Origin: Squalus acanthias
Lineage: Eukaryota
Direction of reading: 5' to 3'
Assembly: GCA_030390025.1 (NCBI GenBank)
Contig: CM059432.1
Coordinates: 111,106,001 to 111,170,000, forward strand
Length of the DNA: 64,000 nt
Shown here: positions 11,401 to 24,665 of the stretch, piece by piece
Layout of the letters: each line of letters begins with the position of its first letter
Position numbering within the stretch: the first letter of the stretch is position 1
Program-made: the position numbers and the translations under genes
Notes under the pieces: generated by a model
Seen by the model: only the letters and a program-made list of their open reading frames with translations
Database searches by the model: none
Told to the model about the DNA's origin: nothing

Positions 11401-14400
11401 CTCTGGTTATTGGGGACAGCGAGGGCTCTGGGTATTGGAGACAGTGATGGCTGTGGGTATTGGGGACAATGAGTGCTATGGGCATTGGAGACAGTGAGGG
11501 CTCTGTGTATTGGGGACAGTGAGAGCTCTGGGTATTGGAGACAGTGAGGGCTCTGGGTATTAGGGACAGTGAGAGCTCTGGGTATTGAGGACAGTGAGGG
11601 CTCTGGGTATTGGAGACAGTGAGGGCTCTGGGTATTGGGGACAGTGACGGCTCTGGGTATTGGGGACAATGAGTGCTATGGGCATTGGAGACAGTGAGGG
11701 CTCTGGGTTTTGGGGATAGTGAGGGCTCTGTGTATTGGGGACAGTGAGAGCTCTGGGTATTGGAGACAGTGAGGGCTCTGGGTATTGGAGACAGTGAGGG
11801 CTCTGGGTATTGGAGACAGTGAAGGCTCTGGGTATTGGAGACAGTGAGGGCTCTGGGTATTGGAGACAGTGAGGGCTCTGGATATTGGTGACAATGAGGG
11901 CTCTGTGTATTGGGGACAGTGTGTGCTCTGGGTATTGGAGACAGTGAGGGCTCTGGTTATTGGAGACAGTGATGGCTCTGGGTATTGGAGACAGTGAGGG
12001 CTCTGTGTATTGGGGACAGTGAGAGCTCTGGGTATTGGAGACAGTGAGGGCTCTGGGTATTAGGGACAGTGAGAGCTCTGGGTATTGAGGACAGTGAGGG
12101 CTCTGGGTATTGGAGACAGTGAGGGCTCTGGGTATTGGAGACAGTGAGGGCTCTGGCTATTGGGGACAGTGAGGGCTCTGGGTATTGGAGACAGTGAAGT
12201 CTCTGAATATTGGAGACAGTGCGGGCTCTGGGTATTGGGGACAGTGATTGCTCTGGGTATTGGGGAAAGTGAGGGCTCTGGGTATTGGAGACAGTGAGGG
12301 CTCTGGGTATTGGGGACAGTGATGGCTCTGGGTATGGTGGAAAGTGAGGGCTCTGGGTATTGGGGAAAGTGAGTGCTTTGGGTATTGGGGACAGTGATGG
12401 CTCTGGGTATTGGAGACAGTGACGGCTCTGGGTATTGGAGACAGTGAGGGCTCTGGGTATTGGAGACAGTGAGGGCTCCGGGTATTTGGGACAGTGATGG
12501 GTCTGGGTATTGGAGACAGTGAGTGCTCTGGGTATTGGAGACAGTGAGGGCTCTGGATATTGGAGACAGTGAGGGCTCCGGGTATTTGGGACAGTGAGGG
12601 CTCTGGGTATTGGGGACAGTGATGGCTCTGGGTATTGGAGACAGTAAGGGCTCTGGGTATTGGGGACAGTGAGGGTTCTGGGTATTGGGGACAGTGAGGG
12701 CTCCGGGTATTGGAGACAGTTATGGCTCTGGTTATTGGGGACAGCGAGGGCTCTGGGTATTGGAGACAGTGAGGGCTCACTGTATTGGAGACAGTGAGGG
12801 CTCTGGGTATTGGAGACAGTGAGGGCTCTGGTTATTGGGGACAGTGAGGTCCCCGGTTTTGGGGACAGTGAGTACTCTGGGTATTGGGGAGAGTGAGGGC
12901 TCTGGGTATTGGGGACAGTGAGGGCTCTGGCTATTGGAGACAGTGAGTGCTCTGGGGATTTGGGACAGTGAGGGCTCTGGGTATTGGGGTCAGTGAGGAC
13001 TCTGGGTATTGGGGACAGTGAGGGCTCCGGGTATTGGGGACAGTGAGGGCTCTGGTTATTGGGGAAAGTGAGGGCTCTGGGTATTGGAGACAGTGAGGGC
13101 TCTGGCTATTGGAGACAGTGAGGGCTCTGGTTATTGGGGACAGTGAGGTCCCCGGGTATTGGGGACAGTGAGTACTCTGGGTATTGGGGACAGTGAGGGC
13201 TCTGGGTATTGGGGACAGTGAGGGCTCTGGCTATTGGAGACAGTGAGGGCTCTGGGTATTGGAGACAGTGAGGGCTCTGGGTATTGGAGACAGTGAGGGC
13301 TCTGGGTATTGGGGACAGTGAGGGATCTGGGTATTGAAGACAGTGAGGGCTCCCTGTATTGGAGACAGTGAGGGCTCTGGGTATTGGAGACAGTGAGGGC
13401 TCTGTGTATTGGGGACAGTGAGGGCTCCGGGTATTGAAGACAGTGAGGGCTCTGGTTATTCGGGACAGTGAGTGCTCCGTGTATTGGAGACAGTTAGGGC
13501 TCAGGGTATTGGGGACATTGAGGGCTCTGGGTATTGGAGACAGTGAGGGCTCTGGATATTGGAGACAGTGATGGCTCTGGATATTGGAGACAGTGAGGGC
13601 TCTGGATATTGGAGACAGTGAGGGCTCTGGGTATTGGAGACAGTGAGGGCTCTGGGTATTGGAGACAGTGAGGGCTCCAGATATTGGGAACAGTGAGGGC
13701 TCCGGGTATTGGAGACAGTGAGGGCTCTGGGTATTGGGGACAGTGAGGGCTCTGGGTATTGGGGACAGTGAGGGCTCTGGGTATTGGGGACAGTGAGGGC
13801 TCCAGGTATTGGAGACAGTGAGGGCTCTGGTTATTGGGGACAGTGAATGCTCTGGGTATTGGAGACAGTGATGGCTCTGGTTATCGGGGACAGCGAGGGC
13901 TCTGGGTATTGGAGACAGTGAGGGCTCCAATTATTGGAGACAGTGAGGGCTTTGGGTATTGGAGACAGTGAGGGCTCTGGGTATTGGAGACAGTGAGGGC
14001 TCTGGTTTTGGAGACAGTGAGGGCTCTGGGTATTGGGGAATGTGAGGGCTCTGGGTATTGGAGACAGTGAGGGCTCTGGGTATTGGAGACAGTGAGGGCT
14101 CTGGGTATTGGAGACAGTGAGGTCCCTGGGTATTGGGGACAGTGAGGACTCTGGGTATTGGGGACAGTGAGGGCTCAGGGTATTGGAGACAGTGAGGGCT
14201 CTGGGTATTGGGGACAGTGAGTGCTCTGTGTATTGGAGACAGTGAGGGCTCTGGGTATTGGAGACAGTGAGGGCTCTGGGTATTGGGGACAGTGAGGGCC
14301 CTGGGTATTGGAGACAGTGAGGGCTCTGGGTATTGGAGACAGTGAGGCCTCTCGGTATTGGAGACAGTGATGGCTGTGGGTATTGGGGACAATGAGTGCT

Positions 14401-17400
14401 ATGGGCATTGGAGACAGTGAGGGCTCTGGGTTTTGGGGACAGTGAGGGCTCTGTGTATTGGGGACAGTGAGAGCTCTGGGTATTGGAGACAGTGAGGGCT
14501 CTGGGTATTGGAGACAGTGAGGGCTCTGGGTATTGGAGACAGTGAAGGCTCTGGGTATTGGAGACAGTGAGGGCTCTGGGTATTGGAGACAGTGAGGGCT
14601 CTGGGTATTGGTGACAATGAGGGCTCTGGGTATTGGGGACAGTGTGTGCTCTGGGTATTGGAGACAGTGAGGGCTCTGGTTATTGGAGACAGTGATGGCT
14701 CTGGGTATTGGAGACAGTGATGGCTCTGGGTATTGGAGACAGTGAGGGCTCTGGGCATTGGAGACAGTGAGGGCTCCGGGTATTTGGTACAGTGAGGGCT
14801 CTGGGTATTGGGGACAGTGATGGCTCTGGGTATTGGAGACAGTAAGGGCTCTGGGTATTGGAGCAAGTGAGGGCTCTGGGTATTGGGGACAGTGAGTGTT
14901 CTGTGTATTGGAGACAGTGAGGGCTCTGGGTATTAGGGACAGTGAGAGCTCTGGGTATTGAGGACAGTGAGGGCTCTGGGTATTGGAGACAGTGAAGTCT
15001 CTGAATATTGGAGACAGTGCGGGCTCTGGGTATTGAGGACAGTGATTGCTCTGGGTATTGGGGAAAGTGAGGGCTCTGGGTATTGGAGACAGTGAGGGCT
15101 CTGGGTATTGGGGACAGTGATGGCTCTGGGTATGGTGGAAAGTGAGGGCTCTGGGTATTGGGGAAAGTGAGTGCTTTGGGTATTGGGGACAGTGATGACT
15201 CTGGGTATTGGAGACAGTGACGGCTCCGGGTATTTGGTACAGTGAGGGCTCTGGGTATTGGGGACAGTGATGGCTCTGGGTATTGGAGACAGTAAGGGCT
15301 CTGGGTATTGGGGACAGTGAGGGTTCTGGGTATTGGGGACAGTGAGGGCTCCGGGTATTGGAGACAGTTATGGCTCTGGTTATTGGGGACAGCGAGGGCT
15401 CTGGGTATTGGAGACAGTGAGGGCTCACTGTATTGGAGACAGTGAGGGCTCTGGGTATTGGAGACAGTGAGGGCTCTGGTTATTGGGGACAGTGATGGCT
15501 CTGGGTATTGGAGACAGTGAGGGCTCTGGATATTGGTGACAATGAGGGCTCTGGGTATTGGGGACAGTGTGTGCTCTGGGTATTGGAGACAGTGAGGGCT
15601 CTGGTTATTGGAGACAGTGAGGGCTCTGGGCATTGGAGACAGTTAGGCCTCTGGGTATTGGAGCAAGTGAGGGCTCTGGGTATTGGGGACAGTGAGTGTT
15701 CTGTGTATTGGAGACAGTGAGGGCTCTGGGTATTAGGGACAGTGAGAGCTCTGGGTATTGAGGACAGTGAGGGCTCTGGGTATTGGAGACAGTGAGGGCT
15801 CTGGGTATTGGGGACAGTGAGGGCTCTGGGTATTGGGGACAGTGATTGCTCTGGGTATTGGGGAAAGTGAGGGCTCTGGGTATTGGAGACAGTGAGGGCT
15901 CTGGGTATTGGGGACAGTGATGGCTCTGGGTATGGTGGAAAGTGAGGGCTCTGGGTATTGGGGAAAGTGAGTGCTTTGGGTATTGGGGACAGTGATGGCT
16001 CTGGGTATTGGAGACAGTGACGGCTCCGGGTATTGGGGACAGTGAGTGCTCTGGGTATTGGAGACAGTGAGGGCTCTGGGTATTGGAGACAGTGAGGGCT
16101 CCGGGTATTTGGGACAGTGATGGGTCTGGGTATTGGAGACAGTGAGTGCTCTGGGTATTGGAGACAGTGAGGGCTCTGGATATTGGAGACAGTGAGGGCT
16201 CCGGGTATTTGGGACAGTGCGGGCTCTGGGTATTGGGGACAGTGATGGCTCTGGATATTGGAGACAGTAAGGGCGCTGGGTATTGGGGACAGTGAGGGTT
16301 CTGGTTATTGGGGACAGCGAGGGCTCTGGGTATTGGAGACAGTGAGGGCTCACTGTATTGGAGACAGTGAGGGCTCTGGGTATTGGAGACAGTGAGGGCT
16401 CTGGTTATTGGGGACAGTGAGGTCCCCGGTTTTGGGGACAGTGAGTACTCTGGGTATTGGGGAGAGTGAGGGCTCTGGGTATTGGGGACAGTGAGGGCTC
16501 TGGCTATTGGAGACAGTGAGTGCTCTGGGGATTTGGGACAGTGAGGGCTCTGAGTATTGGGGTCAGTGAGGACTCTGGGTATTGGGGACAGTGAGGGCTC
16601 CGGGTATTGGGGACAGTGAGGGCTCTGGTTATTGGGGACAGCGAGGGCTCTGGGTATTGGAGACAGTGAGGGCTCTGGCTATTGGAGACAGTGAGGGCTC
16701 TGGTTATTGGGGACAGTGAGGTCCCCGGGTATTGGGGACAGTGAGTACTCTGGGTATTGGGGACAGTGAGGGCTCTGGGTATTGGGGACAGTGAGGGCTC
16801 TGGCTATTGGAGACAGTGAGGGCTCTGGGTATTGGAGACAGTGAGGGCTCTGGGTATTGGAGACAGTGAGGGCTCTGGGTATTGGGGACAGTGAGGGATC
16901 TGGGTATTGGAGACAGTGAGGGCTCCCTGTATTGGAGACAGTGAGGGCTCTGGGTATTGGAGACAGTGAGGGCTCTGTGTATTGGGGACAGTGAGGGCTC
17001 CGGGTATTGAAGACAGTGAGGGCTCTGGTTATTCGGGACAGTGAGTGCTCCGTGTATTGGAGACAGTTAGGGCTCTGGGTATTGGGGACATTGAGGGCTC
17101 TGGGTATTAGAGACAGTGAGGGCTCTGGGTATTGGAGACAGTGATGGCTCTGGATATTGGAGACAGTGAGGGCTCTGGATATTGGAGACAGTGAGGGCTC
17201 TGGGTATTGGAGACAGTGAGGGCTCTGGGTATTGGAGACAGTGAGGGCTCTGGGTATTGGAGACAGTGAGGGCTCCAGATATTGGGAACAGTGAGGGCTC
17301 CGGGTATTGGAGACAGTGAGGGCTCTGGGTATTGGGGACAGTGAGGGCTCTGGGTATTGGGGACAGTGAGGGCTCTGGGTATTGGGGACAGTGAGGGCTC

Positions 17401-20305
17401 CAGGTATTGGAGACAGTGAGGGCTCTGGTTATTGGGGACAGTGAATGCTCTGGGTATTGGAGACAGTGATGGCTCTGGTTATTGGGAACAGCGAGGGCTC
17501 TGGGTATTGGAGACAGTGAGGGCTCCAATTATTGGAGACAGTGAGGGCTTTGGGTATTGGAGACAGTGAGGGCTCTGGGTATTGGAGACAGTGAGGGCTC
17601 TGGTTTTGGAGACAGTGAGGGCTCTGGGTATTGGGGAATGTGAGGGCTCTGGGTATTGGAGACAGTGAGGGCTCTGGGTATTGGAGACAGTGAGGGCTCT
17701 GGGTATTGGAGACAGTGAGGTCCCTGGGTATTGGGGACAGTGAGGACTCTGGGTATTGGGGACAGTGAGGGCTCAGGGTATTGGAGACAGTGAGGGCTCT
17801 GGGTATTGGGGACAGTGAGTGCTCTGTGTATTGGAGACAGTGAGGGCTCTGGGTATTGGAGACAGTGAGGGCTCTGGGTATTGGGGACAGTGAGGGCCCT
17901 GGGTATTGGAGACAGTGAGGGCTCTGGGTATTGGAGACAGTGAGGGCTCTCGGTATTGGAGACAGTGATGGCTGTGGGTATTGGGGACAATGAGTGCTAT
18001 GGGCATTGGAGACAGTGAGGGCTCTGGGTTTTGGGGACAGTGAGGGCTCTGTGTATTGGGGACAGTGAGTGCTCTGGGTATTGGAGACAGTGAGGGCTCT
18101 GAGTATTGGAGACAGTGAGGGCTCTGGGTATTGGAGACAGTGAAGGCTCTGGGTATTGGAGACAGTGAGGGCTCTGGGTATTGGAGACAGTGAGGGCTCT
18201 GGGTATTGGTGACAATGAGGGCTCTGGGTATTGGGGACAGTGTGTGCTCTGGGTATTGGAGACAGTGAGGGCTCTGGTTATTGGAGACAGTGATGGCTCT
18301 GGGTATTGGAGACAGTGATGGCTCTGGGTATTGGAGACAGTGAGGGCTCTGGGCATTGGAGACAGTGAGGGCTCTGGGTATTGGAGCAAGTGAGGGCTCT
18401 GGGTATTGGGGACAGTGAGTGTTCTGTGTATTGGAGACAGTGAGGGCTCTGGGTATTAGGGACAGTGAGAGCTCTGGGTATTGAGGACAGTGAGGGCTCT
18501 GGGTATTGGAGACAGTGAAGTCTCTGAATATTGGAGACAGTGCGGGCTCTGGGTATTGGGGACAGTGATTGCTCTGGGTATTGGGGAAAGTGAGGGCTCT
18601 GGGTATTGGAGACAGTGAGGGCTCTGGGTATTGGGGACAGTGATGGCTCTGGGTATGGTGGAAAGTGAGGGCTCTGGGTATTGGGGAAAGTGAGTGCTTT
18701 GGGTATTGGGGACAGTGATGGCTCTGGGTATTGGAGACAGTGACGGCTCCGGGTATTGGGGACAGTGAGTGCTCTGGGTATTGGAGACAGTCAGGGCTCT
18801 GGGTATTGGAGACAGTGAGGGCTCCGGGTATTTGGGACAGTGATGGGTCTGGGTATTGGAGACAGTGAGTGCTCTGGGTATTGGAGACAGTGAGGGCTCT
18901 GGGTATTGGAGACAGTGAGTGCTCCGGGTATTTGGGACAGTGAGGGCTCTGGGTATTGGAGACAGTAATGGCTCTGGGTATTGGGGACAGTGAGGGTTCT
19001 GGGTATTGGGGACAGTGAGGGCTCCGGGTATTGGAGACAGTTATGGCTCTGGTTATTGGGGACAGTGAGGGCTCTGGGTATTGGAGACAGTGAGGGCTCA
19101 CTGTATTGGAGACAGTGAGGGCTCTGGGTATTGGAGACAGTGAGGGCTCTGGTTATTGGGGACAGTAAGGTCCCCGGTTTTGGGGACAGTGCGTACTCTG
19201 GGTATTGGGGAGAGTGAGGGCTCTGGGTATTGGGGACAGTGAGGGCTCTGGCTATTGGAGACAGTGTGTGCTCTGGGGATTTGGGACAGTGAGGGCTCTG
19301 GGTATTGGGGTCAGTGAGGACTCTGGGTATTGGGGACAGTGAGGGCTCCGGGTATTGGGGACAGTGAGGGCTCTGGTTATTGGGGACAGCGAGGGCTCTG
19401 GGTATTGGAGACAGTGAGGGCTCTGGCTATTGGAGACAGTGAGGGCTCTGGTTATTGGGGACAGTGAGGTCCCCGGGTATTGGGGACAGTGAGTACTCTG
19501 GGTATTGGGGACAGTGAGGGCTCTGGGTATTGGGGACAGTGAGGGCTCTGGCTATTGGAGACAGTGAGGGCTCTGGGTATTGGAGACAGTGAGGGCTCTG
19601 GGTATTGGAGACAGTGAGGGCTCTGGGTATTGGGGACAGTGAGGGATCTGGGTATTGGAGACAGTGAGGGCTCCCTGTATTGGAGACAGTGAGGGCTCTG
19701 GGTATTGGAGACAGTGAGGGCTCTGTGTATTGGGGACAGTGAGGGCTCCGGGTATTGAAGACAGTGAGGGCTCTGGTTATTCGGGACAGTGAGTGCTCCG
19801 TGTATTGGAGACAGTTAGGGCTCTGGGTATTGGGGACATTGAGGGCTCTGGGTATTGGAGACAGTGAGGGCTCTGGGTATTGGAGACAGTGATGGCTCTG
19901 GATATTGGAGACAGTGAGGGCTCTGGATATTGGAGACAGTGAGGGCTCTGGGTATTGGAGACAGTGAGGGCTCTGGGTATTGGGGACAGTGAGTGCTCTG
20001 GGTATTTGGGACAGTGAGGGCTCTGGGTATTGGGGACAGTGAGGGCTCTGGGTATTGAGGACAGTGAGGGCTCTGGATATTGGGGACAGTGAGGGCTCTG
20101 GGTATTGGGGACAGTGAGGGCTCTGGGTATTGGGGACAGTGAGGGCTCCGGGTATTGGAGACAGTGAGGGCTCTGGGTATTGGACACAGTGAGGGCTCCG
20201 GATATTGGAGACAGTGAGGGGTCTGTGTATCGGGGACAGTTGGCTCTGTGCATTGGAGACAGTGAAGGCTCTGGGTATTGGGGACAGTGGGCTCCGGCTA
20301 TTGAG
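8445..20305. repeat. 25-bp tandem array, consensus GGGTATTGG(A/G)GACAGTGAGGGCTCT, ~11.9 kb (~470 units)
   Basis: Directly visible 25-bp period, giving a 25-aa period in the minus-strand ORFs (SPHCLQYPEPSLSPIPRALTVSNTQ). Units are more degenerate at both edges. Confidence 0.98.
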
Positions 20306-21396
20306 AGCCTTTGTCTTAGACCATTGGGAATCCTGTCATTGTGTAAAATTCTAATCCTACCATTTTAAGAGCTACTTTTCAATGCTTCACCGCATCCCAT
20401 GTGACAGGTGCCAACCTGTGACATGTGACCTCAGCAGACTTGTAGGTGCCACATTAACGGGGCGAAATTCATTTTCGCCCAGGAATGGGCGCTAACTTTT
20501 GAAAAGTTTGAGATTTAGCGTCAAGCGCTACTGAATGTCGTTGCACCCAAAATTCAGAGTCAATGCCACAGGCTCTTTCCAGTTTTTAAAGGGGAGGTTC
20601 AATCATGCTGCAGAACCTCATTCTCTGCATTACTGGTTCTCCAGCTGTCTCAGCTGGCAGCAGAAGGCCAAGGAGAAGGAACCGGACCACTGAAGGAGGT
20701 GTCATTATGGCAGATCAACGGCCCAGGGACAGAGCTCGCAGATTCTGCGACCAAGCATTGGAGGCGTTGGTCTTCTCTGTGGAGAGACGGAGAGCGGTGC
20801 TCTACCCGGCAAGTAGCATGAGTCTTCCGCGCCATGTGGAGGGAGTTTGCCCAGCACGTCTTGGGCAGTACTGTGGTCCCCAGGACCCACACAGAGTGCA
20901 GAAACAAATTTAACGACCTCACTTAGGTGGTCAGGGTGAGTCAATGCTACATACCACCATCTGAACCTCAGTCTGCACACACTGTCCAAAGCACCACACC
21001 CCCAGCACTCACCCACCAACAATCTCCACCTACCAACACTCACACCCACATCTCACACCTTGCACACAATGACAGCTATTTAACTATGGCTGGCACATCT
21101 CCCAAACACATTGCTCCACACTCACTCACACACTTTCCTCTCTCTTGCAGGCCAAGGTGGCTCACAACAGGAGGGAGCAGGAGCGCACAGGCAGGGGACA
21201 ACCTGACACCCAACCACTTTCTGAGCTGGAGGAAAGAGTGCTGCAAATCATTGGGCGCCAGGTGGTGGGCGCCGTGGCCACCAGTGATGTTGACCCCCTT
21301 GGGGACAACAACGGTATGTTCATCCCTAGTCCTTCTCACATCCCACTTCCCCCTCACCCCACAAGCCATTTTCACTTTCCAGCTAATCATGCGGTA

Positions 21397-24300
21397 TTTT
21401 TTTAAAATATTCTTTCATGGGATGTGGGCGTCGCTGGCAAGGCCAACATTTATTACCCATGCCTAGTTTCCCTTGAGAAGGTAGTGGTGAGCTGCCTTCT
21501 TGAACCGCTGCAGTCGGTGTGGTGAAGGTACTCCCACAGTGCTGTTAGGGAGGGAGTTCCAGGATTTTGACCCAGCGACGATGAAGGATCGGCGATATAC
21601 TTCCAAGTCAAGATGGTGTGTGACTTGGAGGGGAACTTGGAGGTGGTGGTGTTCCCATGTGCCTGTTGTCTTTGTCCTTCTAGGTGGTAGAGGTTACGGG
21701 TTTGGGAGGTGCTGTCGAAGAAGCTTTGGCGAGTTGCTGCAGTGCATCTTGTAGATGGTACACACTGCAGCCACGGTACGCCGGTGGTGGAGGGAGTGAA
21801 TGTTTAAGGTGGTGGATGGGGTACCAATCAAGCGGGCTGCTTTGTCCTGGATGGTGTCGAGCATCTTGAGTGTTGTTGGAGCAACAAGTCCAGACAAGTG
21901 GAGAGTATTCCATCACACTCCTGACTTGTGCCTTGTAGATGGTGGAAAGGCTTTGGGGAGTCAGGAGGTGAGACACTCGTCGCAGAATACCTAGCCTCTG
22001 ACCGGCTCTTGTCGCCACAGTATTTATGTGGCTGGTCCAGTTAAGTTTCTGGTCAATGGTGACCCCCAGGAGATTGATGGTGGGGGATTCTGCAATGGTA
22101 ATGCCGTTGAATGTCAAGGGGCAGTGGTTAGACGCTCGCTTGTTGGAGATAGTCATTGCCTGGCACTTGTGTGGCGCGAATGTTGCCAGCCACTTATCAG
22201 CCCAAGCCTGAATGTCGTTCAGGTCTTGCTGCATGTGGGCATGGAATACTTCCTTATCTGAGGAGTTGCGAATGGCACTGAACACTGTGCAGTCATCAGT
22301 GAACATCCCCACTTCTGACCTTATGATGGAGGGAAGGTCATTGATGAAGCAGCTGAAGATGGCTGAGACTAGGACACTGCCCTGAGGAACTCCTGCAGCG
22401 ATGTCCTGGGGCTGTGATGATTGTTCTCCAACCACCACAACCATCTTCCTTTGTGCTAGGTATGACTCCAGCCAGTGGAGCATTTTCCCCCCAATTCCCA
22501 TTGACTTCAGTTTTACTAGGACTCCTTGATGCCACACTCTGTCAAATACTGCCTTGATGTCAAGGGCAGTCACTCTCACCTCACCTCTGGAATTCAGCTC
22601 TTTTGTCTATATTTGGACCAATGCTATAATGAGGTCAGGAGCCGAGTGGTCCTGGCGGAACCCAAACTGGGCATCAGTGAGCAGGTTATTGGTGAGTAAG
22701 TGCTGCTTGATAGCACTGTCAACAACACCTTCCATCACTTTGCTGATGATTGAGAGTAGACTGATGGGGCGGTAATTGGCCAGATTGGATTTGTCCTGTA
22801 TTTTGTGGACAGGACATACCTGGGCATTTTTCCACATTGTCTGATAGATGCCAGTGTTATAGCTGTACTGGAACAGCTTGGCTAGAGGTGTGGCTAGTTC
22901 TGGAGCACAAGTCTTCAGCACAACAGTCGGGATGTTGTCGGGGCCCACAGCCTTTGCTGTATCCAGTGCATTCAGCCGTTTCTTGATATCACATGGAGTG
23001 AATCGAATTGGCTGAAGACTGGCTTCTGTGGTGGTGGGGACCTCAGGAGGAGGCCGATATGGATCATCCACTTGTCACTTCTGGCTGAAGATGTTTGCAA
23101 ACACTTCAGCTTTGTCTTTTGCAATCACGTGCTGGGCTCCACCCTCATTGAGGATGGGAATATCCTCCCGTTAGTTGTTTAATGGTCCACCACCATTCAC
23201 GACTGGATGTGGCAGGACTGCAGAATTTTGATCTGATCTGTTGATTGTGGGATCGCTTAGCTCTGTCTATAGCATGCTGCTTCCTGTTTTTAGCATGCAT
23301 GTAGTACTGTGTTGCAGCTTCCCCAGGTTGGCACCTCATTTTTTGGTACGCCTGGTGCTGCTCCTGGCATGCTCTTCTACACACCTCATTGAACCAGGGT
23401 TGGTCCCCTGGCTTGATGGTAATGGTTGAATGAGGGCTATGTCGGGCCATGAGGTTACAGATTGTGGTGGAATACAATTCTGCTGCTGCTGACCCACAGC
23501 GCCTCATGTATGCCCAGTTTTGAGCTGCTAGATCTGTTCTGAATCTATCCCATTTAGCACGGTGTTAGTGCCACACAACACGATGGAGGGTATCCTCAGT
23601 GTGAAGACGGAACTTTGTCTCCACAATGACTGTGCGGTGGTCACTGTTACCAATGCTGTCATGGACAGATGCATCTGCGGCAGGTAGATTGGTGAGGACG
23701 AGGTCAAGTAGGTTTTTCCCTCGTGTTGGTTTTCTCACCACCTGTCGCAGGCCCAGAATGGCAGCTATGTCCTTCAGGACTCGGCCAGTAGTGGTGCTAC
23801 CGAGCCACTCTTGGTGATGGACATTGAAGTCCCCCACTCAGAATACATTCTGTGCTCTTGCTACTTTTGGTGCTTCTTCCAAGTGGTGTTTAACATGGAG
23901 GAGTACTGATTCATCAGCTGAGGGAGGGCAATAGGTGGTAATCAGCAGGAGGTTTCCTTGCCCATTCTTGACCTGAAGCCATGAGACTTCATGGGGTCCG
24001 GAGTCAATATTGAGGACTCCCAGGGCCACTCCTTCCTGACTGTATACCACTGTGCCGCCACCCCTGGTGGGTCTGTCCTTTCGGTGAGACAGGACATACC
24101 CAGGGATGGTGATGGAGGCATTTGGGACATTGGCTGAAAGGTATGATTCTGTGAGTATGACTGTTGCTTGACTAGTCTGTGGGACAGCTCTTCCAATTTT
24201 GGCACAAGTCCCCAGATGTTGGTGAGGAGGACTTTGCTGGGTCAACTGGGCTGGGTGTGTCGTTGTCATTTCCGTAGCCGGTGCTGAGTTTGATACTGGG

Positions 24301-24663
24301 TGGTCCGTCCAGTTTTATTCTTATTGTTTTTTGTAGCAGTTTTTTTTACAACTGAGTGGCTTGCTCGACCATTTTGTGGTCAGTTAAGAGCCAACCACAT
24401 TGCTGTGTGTCTGGAGTCACATATAGGACAGACCAGGTAAGGACGGCAGATTTCCTTCCCTAAAGGACATTAGTGAACCAGATGGGTTTTTATGACAATC
24501 CGATAGTTTCATGGTCACCATTACTGATAGTAGCTTTTTATTCAAGATTTATTTAATTAACTGAATTTAAATTCCCCAGCTCTCATGTTGGGATTTGAAC
24601 CCACGTCTCAGGATCATTAGTCCAGGCCTCTGGATTACTAATCCAGTAACATAACCACTATGC
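21397..24663 (-). mobile_element. Apparently full-length CR1-group LINE (APE endonuclease plus RT, no ORF1) with a tRNA-derived 5' head, in Harbinger intron 2
   Basis: Endonuclease fragments 23565-24269 (LTESYL, MGDFN, SDH); RT fragments 21680-23071 ([25 protein letters not shown]). A-rich tail at 21397. Candidate TSD TGCGGTA (21390-21396) / TGCTGTA (24664-24670). Confidence 0.85.
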
Positions 24664-24665
24664 TG
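24590..24665 (-). promoter_or_regulatory. tRNA-derived internal Pol III promoter (A box and B box) at the LINE 5' end
   Basis: Minus strand has GCATAGTGG (A-box-like, 24663-24655) and GGTTCAAATCCC (B box, 24601-24590). Confidence 0.7.

Noticed and set aside
9835..20253. Pro/Ser-rich mucin- or extensin-like ORFs on the minus strand
   Set aside because: The 25-bp unit is not a multiple of 3, all frames give the same peptide, and there are no unique flanking exons or signal peptide.
8445..20305. V(D)J recombination signals or an Ig switch region (GACAGTG resembles the heptamer; RGYW motifs present)
   Set aside because: The heptamer match is imperfect, there is no nonamer at 12/23 spacing, and no Ig/TCR segments are in the window.
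24590..24665. Functional tRNA gene
   Set aside because: A and B boxes are present, but I could not form an acceptor stem or cloverleaf, and the sequence continues into a retroelement body.
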